Shown piece by piece: positions 8,590 through 18,741 of a stretch of 64,000 nt of DNA. Every line of letters begins with the position of its first letter. Within the stretch, counting starts at the first letter, position 1. The stretch lies in the NCBI GenBank assembly GCA_963664015.2, contig CAXXLF010000001.1:1088001-1152000 (forward strand). The letters run 5' to 3'. The notes below the pieces were generated by a model, which did not search any database, was not told where the DNA came from, and saw nothing but the letters and a program-made list of their open reading frames with translations. Source of the stretch: Candidatus Binatia bacterium (lineage in GTDB: Bacteria > Desulfobacterota > Binatia > UBA9968 > CAXXLF01). The translations under genes were made by a program, and so were the position numbers.

Positions 8590-9819
8590 TTAAAAGAACT
8601 CGTTGAACCACTCCACCATTCGATGACTTACTTTAGATAAGACGTTTTTATCACTTAGACGTACGAGTTTCCGATCCTGCCTATGCAGGCCGTATAGCAC
8701 CAAGCCAACCCCCGTCGAATAGGCTGGGCTGGAAACCACATCGATCAGCCCCCCCACCTGCGCTGGAACGCCTAACCGCACCGGTGAATTAAAGGTCTCC
8801 TCGGCCAGCTCAATCACACCGGAAAGCAGCGTCGACCCTCCGGTCATGACGATGCCGGAGAAGAGCGTATCCTCCAAACCGGACTTGAGAATCTCTCGCC
8901 GAATCAATTGGAAGATCTCTTCCAACCGGGGCTCAATAATTTCACAAAGGATACGGCGTGAGATGGATCGTGGGTTGCGGCCTCCCATGCTGGGCACTTC
9001 AACTTCCTCGTCTGCCGCTGCCATGGCCACTTTGGCATAACCGTATCTCTGTTTGATTCGCTCCGCTTCGGCAATGGGGGTCCTTAATCCAGCTGCGATA
9101 TCGTTGGTCAGGTGGTGCCCGCCGACTCCCAGGATTGCAGTGTGTTTGACCGCCCCATCATCAAACAAAACGATATCCGTGGTCCCTCCGCCGATATCGA
9201 CCAGAGCCACACCCAGTTCTCTCTCTTCCGGCGTCAAAACCGCTTCGGCGGAAGCCAAGGGTTCCAGCACGAACTCGGATACGTTGAGGCCGGTACGGTT
9301 GCAGCACTTGATGATGTTCTGAGCCGAGGTCAGGGCTCCAGTGACGATGTGGACCTTGGCCTCCAATCGTACCCCGGACATTCCCAAGGGCTCCCTGATC
9401 CCATCCTGATCGTCCACCACATATTCCTGCGGCAGGACGTGGAGGACCTCTCGATCCATGGGTATGGCTACGGCACGACCCGCGTCAATAACTCGGTCGA
9501 TGTCCCTTTTGGCGACTTCCTTGTTCTTGACAGCAACGACACCATGGCTGTTGAACCCTTTGATGTGACTCCCCGCAATGCCTGCAAAGACATGGTTGAT
9601 CTCACAACCGGCCATGATCTCACACTCCTCCACCGCCCGTTTGATGGAATTCACGGTGCTCTCAATATCAATGACCACACCTTTTCTGAGACCATGAGAC
9701 GGATGGGTTCCAACTCCGATAATTTCAACCCCGGATTCTCCCACCTCACCCACGATGGCGCAGACCTTATAAGTCCCAATATCCAAGCCGGCAATGAGAG
9801 TTTTCTTTCCCATAGACAT
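8590..9819 (-). CDS. ftsA: Cell division protein FtsA
   Basis: GLDIGT, GLRKGVV, DIGGGTTD, C-terminal amphipathic WFNEFF. Confidence 0.98.
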   Translation of the reverse strand: MSMGKKTLIAGLDIGTYKVCAIVGEVGESGVEIIGVGTHPSHGLRKGVVIDIESTVNSIKRAVEECEIMAGCEINHVFAGIAGSHIKGFNSHGVVAVKNKEVAKRDIDRVIDAGRAVAIPMDREVLHVLPQEYVVDDQDGIREPLGMSGVRLEAKVHIVTGALTSAQNIIKCCNRTGLNVSEFVLEPLASAEAVLTPEERELGVALVDIGGGTTDIVLFDDGAVKHTAILGVGGHHLTNDIAAGLRTPIAEAERIKQRYGYAKVAMAAADEEVEVPSMGGRNPRSISRRILCEIIEPRLEEIFQLIRREILKSGLEDTLFSGIVMTGGSTLLSGVIELAEETFNSPVRLGVPAQVGGLIDVVSSPAYSTGVGLVLYGLHRQDRKLVRLSDKNVLSKVSHRMVEWFNEFF

Positions 9820-9884
9820 CTATTCCCACCTTTGGAGAGTCGCTATTTCCACAGGACGTTCACCCTATTGTGAATGACCGATGC

Positions 9885-10796
9885 CTAGTCTCCTTTCAAT
9901 TTCACCACGATCTGATTCCGGAAACTCATGTTCAAAGATGCAAGCCTTTTTTCTCGCCCTTTCCATTCGGCTAGTACTCGCTTGAGCCGCTGCACCTTCA
10001 CAGGCCAGTCCCCCCAACCCATATAGAGAGGAACCGGATGGGAAATGGGGTAGACAACGACACCTTCATGGGAGAGGAAACGGATCTCCGACAACGCAAC
10101 CGAATTGGCCGTCAACCGATCGTTCAATTTGATGGCCTCAACAATCTTTTGCCGGGCAAAGGGATTGTCAAATACCGACTCCTCATTTCCCAAACCCGTA
10201 ATGAATGGGAGGTTGGCCGCTTCCCCTGACTGAACCGTCTTAAATATATACCCCTCACGGTCAACATAATAAAGTTTTTCCAAAGCAACGATGGCCTTGG
10301 GGACCCACTCTTCCACCCGGATGAGGACCCGTTGAGGGAACTCTCGCCGCACCATCCCTTGTCGAATCCACGGATGACTGCTGAGCTTCATTTCGATGGA
10401 TCGGGGATCGATTTTCCAAATGTTCATTCCCGGCTTGAGTCCTGCTATGGAAACAATTTGACCTCTGCTCAGTCTTTGAGACCCGGTAACTCGAATCTCC
10501 CGCACTGAGAAATAAGAATACTCATCAAGGGCCTGTTGTAACTGGGCCATGACCCGCGTCCACGGGCTCCAATGTTCGACCCAGGGAGCCGCTCCGGCTA
10601 ATAATGCGACGCCACTTATGGACGCAAAAATTACAATTGCCGTCTTCCTCCATCGGTTGGGTTTGCGCCGTTTTTCCACGTTTGATTCGTCACCAGGTTT
10701 TGTTCTCTTTATACGGCCTCGTTTATCCCCAGAGTTCACCCAGCTCTCAATTCGCCCGGGATTGCCCGATCGTGGTCTTGAGCCTGGCACCGTCAA
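9885..10796 (-). CDS. ftsQ: Cell division protein FtsQ/DivIB
   Basis: Basic N-tail, one TM, POTRA-like region (VRREFPQRVLIRVEE), LPFITG; lies between ddl and ftsA; start uncertain. Confidence 0.9.
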   Translation of the reverse strand: MTVPGSRPRSGNPGRIESWVNSGDKRGRIKRTKPGDESNVEKRRKPNRWRKTAIVIFASISGVALLAGAAPWVEHWSPWTRVMAQLQQALDEYSYFSVREIRVTGSQRLSRGQIVSIAGLKPGMNIWKIDPRSIEMKLSSHPWIRQGMVRREFPQRVLIRVEEWVPKAIVALEKLYYVDREGYIFKTVQSGEAANLPFITGLGNEESVFDNPFARQKIVEAIKLNDRLTANSVALSEIRFLSHEGVVVYPISHPVPLYMGWGDWPVKVQRLKRVLAEWKGREKRLASLNMSFRNQIVVKLKGD

Positions 10797-11730
10797 GGAT
10801 TCGTTCCACCAAATCAGGGAAAGAGATGTCCTCGCCTCGCGCGATCTCGGGCAACAGGCTGATGGGTGTGAGCCCGGGCAACGAGTTCACCTCCAGCACA
10901 AAACATTTCCCCCGTGGCGTCACTCTCAAATCTACCCTCGGCGCCCCTTCGCATCCGAGGACATTGCTGGCCTGCTCGGCCAAACGCAGGGCTCCCCGAT
11001 ACACAGACCGGTCCAGATGAGCGGGGTAGATATGTTGGGCCAAGCCTGGTGTGTATTTGGTACGAAAATCGTAAAACCCCTTGTCCGGCTGGACCTCAAT
11101 AGCCCCCAGAGGTTTACCATTGAGTAGCCCAACGGCAATCTCTTTTCCCGGAATGTACTTTTCGACCAAGCATGTCGAATCAAATTTGAATGCCCTCTGC
11201 ATGGCCGGTGCCAATTCCTTTTTTCGCCGAACAATGGTGACGCCGAGAGTCGAACCCTCGCCTCTCGGTTTGACAACGACGGGCAAAGACAACCCTAGCC
11301 GTTTCATTTCGACTCCCTTACGGATTACCTTATAGGCCGGCGTGGGAATTCCCTTTCGTTCAAATAGTTCCTTGGCCAAGACCTTATCCATACTCAGAGC
11401 AGAGGCCGCGACTCCCGACCCCGTATAGGGGATGCCCAGAACTTCCAGTAGACCCTGAACACAGCCGTCCTCCCCAATCTTGCCATGCAACGCGTTAAAA
11501 ACAACTTTCACTCTATGTTGACGTAGCCGCATCGCTACATCTTGCTTCATCTCTATAGGGATCACCCGATACCCCTTTTGCCTCAACGCCTTGACCACCT
11601 CCTTGCCCGTTGCCTGGGAGATGGTGCGTTCCGCTGATAGCCCTCCCAGAAGCACTCCGATCAACCGATGACGGTAGTGTCCCTGCCTATTACCCGGCAC
11701 GGGTCTCAACCTGTCCCCCTGCTGCCCCAT
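10747..11730 (-). CDS. ddl: D-alanine-D-alanine ligase
   Basis: GGLSAER, ALHG..GEDG, GIPYTGSG, FYDF..KY, LEVNSLPG; probable start at 11730. Confidence 0.97.
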   Translation of the reverse strand: MGQQGDRLRPVPGNRQGHYRHRLIGVLLGGLSAERTISQATGKEVVKALRQKGYRVIPIEMKQDVAMRLRQHRVKVVFNALHGKIGEDGCVQGLLEVLGIPYTGSGVAASALSMDKVLAKELFERKGIPTPAYKVIRKGVEMKRLGLSLPVVVKPRGEGSTLGVTIVRRKKELAPAMQRAFKFDSTCLVEKYIPGKEIAVGLLNGKPLGAIEVQPDKGFYDFRTKYTPGLAQHIYPAHLDRSVYRGALRLAEQASNVLGCEGAPRVDLRVTPRGKCFVLEVNSLPGLTPISLLPEIARGEDISFPDLVERILDGARLKTTIGQSRAN

Positions 11731-12676
11731 CGAGCCATTCGCCCACGAATTGGACCTCCGGTTCCAGCTGAACGCCGCACTTTTTCTTGACCTCCGCACC
11801 GGCGAGTTCCATCAATTTTTTTACATCCTCCGCACTAGCCCCGCCCAGATTGACGATAAAATTGGCATGCCGCTCGGAAATCTTTGCTTTCCCAACCTGG
11901 GTCCCCTTGAGGCAGGCCTGTTCGATCAACCTACCGGCGAATTCGCCCGGTGGATTTCGAAACATCGAACCCGAATTGGGGTAACCGGAGGGCTGACTGT
12001 TTTTTCTCCTCCGAGTCAGTTCGCGAACCTTGTGGGTGGCCTGTCGCCCTTCCCCCTTTTTGAGAAATAATTCCACTCGGGTGACTACGGTTTCCAAGGG
12101 CAGGCGCGTACGGCGATATGAGAATTTAAGCTCGTTTCGATCAAAGGCAACCGGCTGTCCCGTGGCCGTCACCCCTTCGACTCGGCTCACCACTTTCTCC
12201 ATTTCTGAACCATAGGCGCCGGCATTCATAACCAGTGCACCCCCTACGCTCCCCGGGATTCCCTCGGCGAATTCCAATCCGCAAAACCCCTTGGTGACGG
12301 CCAGTCGTACCAACCGTGCAACGGGAAATGCGGCGCCAATAATGATCCGCGCCTCATCCTGTGTTTCCTGCCATTGGATGTCCTTGAATCCCCCACCCAG
12401 AGATATCACGACACCCCGAATGCCTCGGTCGCTCACTACAACGTTGCTACCTCGTCCCAGCAGAAGAAATGCCACCCCATGATGTTTCAGCACAACCAAG
12501 ACTTGAGTAAGGACACTATCGTCTTGCACCTCGACAAAATAATCCGCCGGACCCCCCACACGAATCGATGTATGGCGCGCTAGGGGTTCCGCCATTTTGA
12601 ACTTCAAGCCGGCAATCGACCTTAGGGCTTCAGCCAAAAGGTCCTGCACCTGGTGTTTTTTCAACGCTGCATCCAT
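11690..12676 (-). CDS. murB: UDP-N-acetylmuramate dehydrogenase
   Basis: RVGGPA, GRGSN, GIPGSVGG..MNAGAYG, GSMFRNP, HANFIVN. Confidence 0.97.
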   Translation of the reverse strand: MDAALKKHQVQDLLAEALRSIAGLKFKMAEPLARHTSIRVGGPADYFVEVQDDSVLTQVLVVLKHHGVAFLLLGRGSNVVVSDRGIRGVVISLGGGFKDIQWQETQDEARIIIGAAFPVARLVRLAVTKGFCGLEFAEGIPGSVGGALVMNAGAYGSEMEKVVSRVEGVTATGQPVAFDRNELKFSYRRTRLPLETVVTRVELFLKKGEGRQATHKVRELTRRRKNSQPSGYPNSGSMFRNPPGEFAGRLIEQACLKGTQVGKAKISERHANFIVNLGGASAEDVKKLMELAGAEVKKKCGVQLEPEVQFVGEWLDGAAGGQVETRAG

Positions 12677-14034
12677 TTCAACAGTTCTTCCCCTACTTTA
12701 TAGACATCCCCAGCTCCTAAGGTCAGAACCAAATCGCCCGCTTTCAGGTCTGGAACCAGCTGCATGGGGATCTGGCTTTTGTCTGGAATATAATGGATTT
12801 CCATATGCCCCCTGCGCTTCATTGCCCGATAGAGGCCTTCTGCATCAATCTCTGCGATGGGCTCCTCGCCTGCCCCGTAAATATCGGTGAGGATCAAACG
12901 GTCCACTCCATCAAAGGAGCAGATAAAGTCTTCGAAGAGATCCCGTGTGCGGGTGTAACGATGGAGCTGGAAGATCACGGTAAGAGGCCTACTCCAACTT
13001 TCGCGAATAGCGGTCAGGGTCGCCTGGATCTCGGCCGGATGATGCCCGTAGTCATCGATCACCGTGACTCCCCCGGCTTCGCCCTTGACTTCCATGCGGC
13101 GGTGAATCCCCATGAAGCCTTCCAAGGCCTCGACGGTTCGAGCAAAGGGCACATCCAATTCGGCACCGACGGCAACGGCAGCAAGAGCATTCATAGCATT
13201 GTGACGTCCCGGCATATGGAGCCTCATCTTACCTAAGAATTGCGAATGATGATAGACAGAAAATTCAATTTCCATGGCGCGAGGCTGAAAATCGCTTCCG
13301 TAAAAGTCGGCCTCCGTTGATAGCCCATAGGTCACGTGACGCTTATTCACCTTGGGCAGTAGGCTGCGCACCTGAGGGTCGTCTAAACAGAGGACAGCCA
13401 ACCCGTCGAAAGGGACCTTATTAATAAATTCGAGAAAGCTCTCCCGCAGACGATCCAACGTCTGAAAAAAATCCATATGCTCACGATCTATATTGGTGAC
13501 CAAAGCGATGGTGGGAGATAGATGCAAGAAGGTCCCATCGCTTTCGTCGGCTTCGGCGACCAAGAATCGCCCTTGTCCCAGCCTCGCGTTGCTCCCCAGG
13601 GAGTTGACCCGGCCCCCAATCACTAGGGTCGGATCCAGTCCGGCGGTTTCCAAGACTGCAGCGATCATGGAGGTGGTTGTGGTCTTGCCATGACTCCCTG
13701 CTACCGCAATGCCAATTTTCATCCGCATCAGCTCGGCGAGCATTTCGGCCCGTGGGATCACGGGGATGGCACGCTTGCGCGCTTCGATTACCTCGGGATT
13801 GAAGAATTTTACCGCTGAGGAGATCACGACCACCGAAGGATTGGATTCGAGATTACCCTCACCATGGCCGATGGAGACCCGGGCACCCAAGGATTGTAAC
13901 CTCCGTGTTGCCTCGCTCTCGATAAGATCAGAGCCGCTGACCTCATAACCCAAGTTCAATAGGACCTCCGCGATACCGCTCATACCAATACCGCCAATCC
14001 CGACAAAATGGACACGTTGCCTTTTTGCATGCAT
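12661..14034 (-). CDS. murC: UDP-N-acetylmuramate-L-alanine ligase
   Basis: GIGGIGMSG, GSHGKTTT, EADESD, DDYGHHP, GAGD. Confidence 0.98.
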   Translation of the reverse strand: MHAKRQRVHFVGIGGIGMSGIAEVLLNLGYEVSGSDLIESEATRRLQSLGARVSIGHGEGNLESNPSVVVISSAVKFFNPEVIEARKRAIPVIPRAEMLAELMRMKIGIAVAGSHGKTTTTSMIAAVLETAGLDPTLVIGGRVNSLGSNARLGQGRFLVAEADESDGTFLHLSPTIALVTNIDREHMDFFQTLDRLRESFLEFINKVPFDGLAVLCLDDPQVRSLLPKVNKRHVTYGLSTEADFYGSDFQPRAMEIEFSVYHHSQFLGKMRLHMPGRHNAMNALAAVAVGAELDVPFARTVEALEGFMGIHRRMEVKGEAGGVTVIDDYGHHPAEIQATLTAIRESWSRPLTVIFQLHRYTRTRDLFEDFICSFDGVDRLILTDIYGAGEEPIAEIDAEGLYRAMKRRGHMEIHYIPDKSQIPMQLVPDLKAGDLVLTLGAGDVYKVGEELLKWMQR

Positions 14035-14058
14035 GGACTTAAACTCATCACCATTACG

Positions 14059-15129
14059 CTAAGCCTGCAAGAGGGCGTAACACTCATCAACAATCTTCTT
14101 GGCCGCTTCGGGCTTTCCCAGTTTCTTCGCTTCCCTACCCAGAGACTCCAGTCGATCACGGTCCCGTAGTAGGTCCCGAATCCTCTGGGCTAAGGCATAG
14201 CCGTTCAGGTCCCGGTCCAGAATCACCTCCGCGGCGCCACAATTTTCAAGGGCCTGGGCATTCAGCCTCTGGTGATCGTCAGCAGCGTAGGGATAAGGAA
14301 TTAGAACGGCGGCCTTACCAAAGGCTGCAATCTCGGCGATGGTCGATGCCCCTGCGCGGCAAACGACCAGGTCTGCCTGAGCATAGGCCCGGTCCATCTC
14401 ATCAATAAATGGACAGACCTCGACCTGAAATGGCAAGGAGGCGTAGGCTTCGGCCACCTTATCCAGGTCTGCCGCTCCCGTCTGATGGAGCACGTTCAGA
14501 TCCGGAGCCATATCGATTAACTCCTTCAATGCTTCCAGGACGCACAGGTTGATCCTGTGGGCCCCCGCGCTACCCCCGAACACAAGGAGAATGAGCTTGC
14601 CGTTCTTCTCTACAGGGGGAAGCCCCTGCCAGCGAACCGGCGTGCCAGTCTCCACCACATTGGAACGTAGAAAATAGGAAGCGCTTTCCCCGAAGGAAGT
14701 GAAGACCCGGTCTGCCACCCAGCCCAGAAATCGATTGGTAAGACCTGGCCGTAGATTTTGCTCCATGATCGCACATCGAATTCGCCTCAAGGTGCCGGCT
14801 AAAAGAAGCGGCGCCGATGCATACCCCCCCAGCCCGATGATACACTCGGGCCGAAAACGGGTGATGATTCCCATAGAACGAAAAAAGCTGACCGGCAGTC
14901 CATAGAGGGCTTCCAGCAAGCCTCGAACACCTCGCCCCTTGATGCCCTTGATAGGCACCGCTTCGAGGTCAAATCCCTCCCGTGGAAGGACGCGGTGCTC
15001 GAATCCTCGCTCACTACCGACGAAGAGTATTTTCGTGGCCGCGTCTCGCCTTTGGAACTCTCGAGCCACCGCCAGTCCGGGAAAAAGGTGCCCGCCGGTT
15101 CCTCCACCGGCCAGAATAAGCCGTATCAC
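14059..15129 (-). CDS. murG: Lipid II GlcNAc transferase
   Basis: GGGTGGHLFP, GGYAS, EQN..PG.TN, GGSAGA, RAGAST; GTG start at 15129. Confidence 0.97.
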   Translation of the reverse strand: MIRLILAGGGTGGHLFPGLAVAREFQRRDAATKILFVGSERGFEHRVLPREGFDLEAVPIKGIKGRGVRGLLEALYGLPVSFFRSMGIITRFRPECIIGLGGYASAPLLLAGTLRRIRCAIMEQNLRPGLTNRFLGWVADRVFTSFGESASYFLRSNVVETGTPVRWQGLPPVEKNGKLILLVFGGSAGAHRINLCVLEALKELIDMAPDLNVLHQTGAADLDKVAEAYASLPFQVEVCPFIDEMDRAYAQADLVVCRAGASTIAEIAAFGKAAVLIPYPYAADDHQRLNAQALENCGAAEVILDRDLNGYALAQRIRDLLRDRDRLESLGREAKKLGKPEAAKKIVDECYALLQA

Positions 15130-16223
15130 CTCGCTCTCCTTCTCGATAGACCGAGCAGCACTCCCGCAGCGGCCAGGTTGATGACCATAGCCGAGCCCCC
15201 GTAACTGATAAACGGGAGGACCAGCCCTTTGATCGGCATGAGCCCCATGACCACTCCCATATGAACCAACGCCTGCAATCCGAAGAGTGCCGTCAAACCA
15301 AATGCGAGGTACTGAAAAAAGGGCTCGTCCAACTTTGTTGCCAGGTGCCAGCCGCGCCACAGAAGCAGGCCGAATAGCAATAAGACCAACAGGGCGCCCA
15401 ACAATCCTAGTTCTTCACCGATAACCGAATAAATAAAATCTGTATGAGCCTCGGGTAAATAGAAGAGTTTCTGCCGGCTTTGGCCTAACCCCCGCCCCCA
15501 TATGTGCCCCGATCCGAATGCGATGTATGACTGCACCATCTGGAACCCGCTGTCGCCAGCATCACCCCATGGATCGAGAAACGCCATCAGACGCCTGAGC
15601 CGGTAGTCGGTTTTGAGCACAAGGTATGCAAGTATGGGCACAGTGGCCAAACCCATGCCAGCAAGGTAGCGCAGCTTGGTCCCCGAAATGAAAAGGAGGA
15701 GGACTATCAATCCGCCGAGGATGGCAGCCCCCCCCAAGTCAGGCTCTAACAGGACCAGTCCCATGACGACCCCACCAACAATCAAGTAGGGCAACACGGA
15801 AACGGCAAAACCCTGGCCCTTGCCTTCCTTTTTAGCCAATGAGGAGGCCAGGTAAAAAACCAACGCAAGTTTAGCGAACTCGGCCGGCTGAAAGACAAAC
15901 GGACCCAGTGGAAGCCATCGCCTGGACCCGCCACGCAAAAGGCCAACATCGGGTATCAACACAAAAACCAACATGACGAGCGTAAGGCCTAGTAACGGAT
16001 AGGCCATGCACCGGTATTTTTCCGGCGGCATTAACGCCAAGGTAAAAAGGCACACCAGACCTATGGCAACGGCGGTCAATTGCTTTCGAAACAGATAGGT
16101 ACCGTCGAGGTAGCGTTCTTGAGAGTAGAGGTAGCTCGTACTCAGCACCATGGTGACCCCGATGCTCAACAGGGCAATGATGGCAAAAAATAGCCAGCGA
16201 TCGGCCCCTGTAGATTGCCTCAT
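15126..16223 (-). CDS. ftsW: SEDS peptidoglycan polymerase FtsW
   Basis: RRWL, QPAEFAK, EPDLG, LPEAHTDF, PFISYGGS; probable start at 16223. Confidence 0.97.
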   Translation of the reverse strand: MRQSTGADRWLFFAIIALLSIGVTMVLSTSYLYSQERYLDGTYLFRKQLTAVAIGLVCLFTLALMPPEKYRCMAYPLLGLTLVMLVFVLIPDVGLLRGGSRRWLPLGPFVFQPAEFAKLALVFYLASSLAKKEGKGQGFAVSVLPYLIVGGVVMGLVLLEPDLGGAAILGGLIVLLLFISGTKLRYLAGMGLATVPILAYLVLKTDYRLRRLMAFLDPWGDAGDSGFQMVQSYIAFGSGHIWGRGLGQSRQKLFYLPEAHTDFIYSVIGEELGLLGALLVLLLFGLLLWRGWHLATKLDEPFFQYLAFGLTALFGLQALVHMGVVMGLMPIKGLVLPFISYGGSAMVINLAAAGVLLGLSRRRAR

Positions 16224-17554
16224 AGCTCTTGCACCAAGGCCTTGAAGGCCTTCCCTCTTTTCGCATAATCTTGAAACATGTCGAAACTCGAGCAGGCCGG
16301 GGAAAGCAGCACGACGTCTCCAGAAACAGCGTTTTTGTGTGCCTCCTGTACGGCACCCTCCAGGTTCTCGACAAGGACTGTTTCCGTACAATGCCCTACC
16401 GCTTTTTGAATGATTTCTTTCGCCGCCCCAAATAGAATGAGCTTTTTCACTTTCGCCTTCACTTCATCCTGCAAGACACCGTAATCTCCTCCCTTATCCA
16501 CACCCCCGCACAAGAGGACAACGGGAGAGGTGAAACTGGCCAAAGCCTTTAGCACAGCACCCACATTGGTCCCTTTGGAATCATTGTAAAAACGGACTCC
16601 GTCTTTTTCGCGCACGAACTCATGACGATGCTCAAGTCCAGGGAACGACTCTATGACCTTTTGGATTACCTCCGGTGCCACACCGACGGACTTTGCTACG
16701 GCTACAGCGGCCATCAGATTCTCCACGTTGTGAACGCCCTGGATGCGCATCGTGGACATGGGGAAGCGATCCTCCCCTTCTTGACCTCTCCAGACAAGAT
16801 GACTTGAGGTAGCAAAAACTCCGTGCTCCACCGGGTCCCAGCCAAAAGAGACCACTCGGGCCCTAATCTGTTCCCTCCACGACCACACCAAGGGGTCCGC
16901 TCGATTCAAGATAGCTACATCCTGCTGGGTCTGTCGGGAGAAGAGCCTTTTTTTGACTTCTGCGTAGGAATTAAAGTTTTCATAACGGTCCAGATGATCT
17001 TCGCTCAGGTTGAGAAGCACGCCAATTCTGGGGCGGAACAATTCTACCCATTCCAGCTGAAAGCTGCTTATTTCCGCGACTCCCCAATCCCAATCCTCGG
17101 AAACGAAAGCGATCAAGGGAAACCCGATGTTTCCTCCCACAAAGGTTCGGATTCCCGCGGCGGTGAGCATTTCCCCGATCAACGAGCTAGTCGTCGTCTT
17201 CCCATTGGTCCCGGTTATGGCCACTAGCGGGACCCGGAGAAAACGGTAGGCCAGTTCAATTTCGCTCAGAATCTCGATCCCGTTTTTCCGTGCCTGCTGG
17301 AGCAGAGGATTGTCCACAGGAACCCCGGGACTGGGAACGATGGCATCCATCCCCTCAACCCAACGGGTGTCGTTCCCGCCCAGCAGGTAGCGAACTGGAA
17401 TCCCTGCCAGGGATGCTACTTCCGTAAGCAATGCCTCTCTCCCTCGACTGTCACTTGCTATGACCTCCGCCCCTTGGTCCGATAGAAACCGAGCGGTCGC
17501 ACAGCCTGTGCGAGCCATCCCCAGTACCATCACCTTTTTCCCTCTGAGGTCCAT
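16220..17554 (-). CDS. murD: UDP-MurNAc-L-Ala-D-glutamate ligase
   Basis: SPGVP, TGTNGKTTT, GGNIG, DHLDRY, NDSKGTN, LSPACSSFD; probable start at 17554. Confidence 0.97.
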   Translation of the reverse strand: MDLRGKKVMVLGMARTGCATARFLSDQGAEVIASDSRGREALLTEVASLAGIPVRYLLGGNDTRWVEGMDAIVPSPGVPVDNPLLQQARKNGIEILSEIELAYRFLRVPLVAITGTNGKTTTSSLIGEMLTAAGIRTFVGGNIGFPLIAFVSEDWDWGVAEISSFQLEWVELFRPRIGVLLNLSEDHLDRYENFNSYAEVKKRLFSRQTQQDVAILNRADPLVWSWREQIRARVVSFGWDPVEHGVFATSSHLVWRGQEGEDRFPMSTMRIQGVHNVENLMAAVAVAKSVGVAPEVIQKVIESFPGLEHRHEFVREKDGVRFYNDSKGTNVGAVLKALASFTSPVVLLCGGVDKGGDYGVLQDEVKAKVKKLILFGAAKEIIQKAVGHCTETVLVENLEGAVQEAHKNAVSGDVVLLSPACSSFDMFQDYAKRGKAFKALVQEL

Positions 17555-17661
17555 AGCCAATTTTCGTTTCCCCTTGGCCGCCCGAGACCTTTCCCACCGG
17601 TTCGACCGATTTCCTCGAATCCGACTGTCTTCAGCCAACGAACTGGTGCGGTATCGACTCC

Positions 17662-18738
17662 TCATCTTAGCTTCAGTGTACTCAGCGCCATCAGGGCGCA
17701 GATGATCGAGATAATCCAAAACCTAACGATGATCTGGGGCTCGGGCCATCCTTTGAGTTCATAATGGTGGTGAATCGGCGCCATGAGAAAGACTCGTTTG
17801 CCCCGTAGCCGGTAGGAAACGACCTGACAGATCACCGAGAGGGCCTCCACCACGAAAACTCCGCCAACAATGACCAGAAGGATCTCATTCTTGCTCATCA
17901 CCGCCACGGTGCCGAGAGCGGCCCCAAGAGCCAGAGAACCGACATCGCCCATGAACATCTGTGCCGGGTAGGTATTGAACCAAAGGAAGCCCAGGCCAGA
18001 GGCCACTATAGCGGCACAAAAAACGGTGAGCTCTCCCACTTGCCCCACATAAGGGATCTGGAGATATTCGGCAAATTCCTTGTGTCCCGTAACGTAGGAA
18101 ATAACCGCGTAGGTAGCTGCGGCTACCATCACAGGCCCGATGGCCAACCCGTCCAAACCATCGGTTAAATTGACAGCATTAGAGGAACCTACAATCACCA
18201 ATACAGCAAACGGGATATAGGCAATGCCGAGATCGGGACGAAGGGTTTTAAAAAATGGAATCCCCAGGACTCCACTGAATGAAGAATCCATGTAAAGAAC
18301 GGTTACGGCACAACCGGCCACGAGCACTTGGCTGAGCAATTTGGCCTTCATGGAAAGCCCTTTACTGCTTTTTCGTTTGAGCTTCAGGGCATCATCAATA
18401 AAACCGATCACACCAAACCCAAGGGTTATCACGAGGGCGAGCAGCACATAAAGGTTCCTGATATCGGCGAGAAGGAAGGTGGAAAGACACAACGCCAGAA
18501 TAATTAACGTTCCCCCCATGGTCGGCGTGCCCGCTTTCACCGAGTGGCTTGCGGGCCCATCGGTGCGAATCGGTTGCCCGATCTGCTTCGCAGTGAGGGA
18601 TCGGATAAGAAAAGGGCCAACGATCAACGAGGCCAACAACGCCATGAGCGCCGCCAGGGCCGCTCGAAAGGTTATATAGCGGAACACGTTTAAAACCGAA
18701 TAGTCCGTGTGAAGAGGATAAAGTAAGTAGTATAGCAA
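17662..18738 (-). CDS. mraY: Phospho-N-acetylmuramoyl-pentapeptide transferase
   Basis: [37 protein letters not shown]. Confidence 0.99.
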   Translation of the reverse strand: MLYYLLYPLHTDYSVLNVFRYITFRAALAALMALLASLIVGPFLIRSLTAKQIGQPIRTDGPASHSVKAGTPTMGGTLIILALCLSTFLLADIRNLYVLLALVITLGFGVIGFIDDALKLKRKSSKGLSMKAKLLSQVLVAGCAVTVLYMDSSFSGVLGIPFFKTLRPDLGIAYIPFAVLVIVGSSNAVNLTDGLDGLAIGPVMVAAATYAVISYVTGHKEFAEYLQIPYVGQVGELTVFCAAIVASGLGFLWFNTYPAQMFMGDVGSLALGAALGTVAVMSKNEILLVIVGGVFVVEALSVICQVVSYRLRGKRVFLMAPIHHHYELKGWPEPQIIVRFWIISIICALMALSTLKLR

Positions 18739-18741
18739 CGT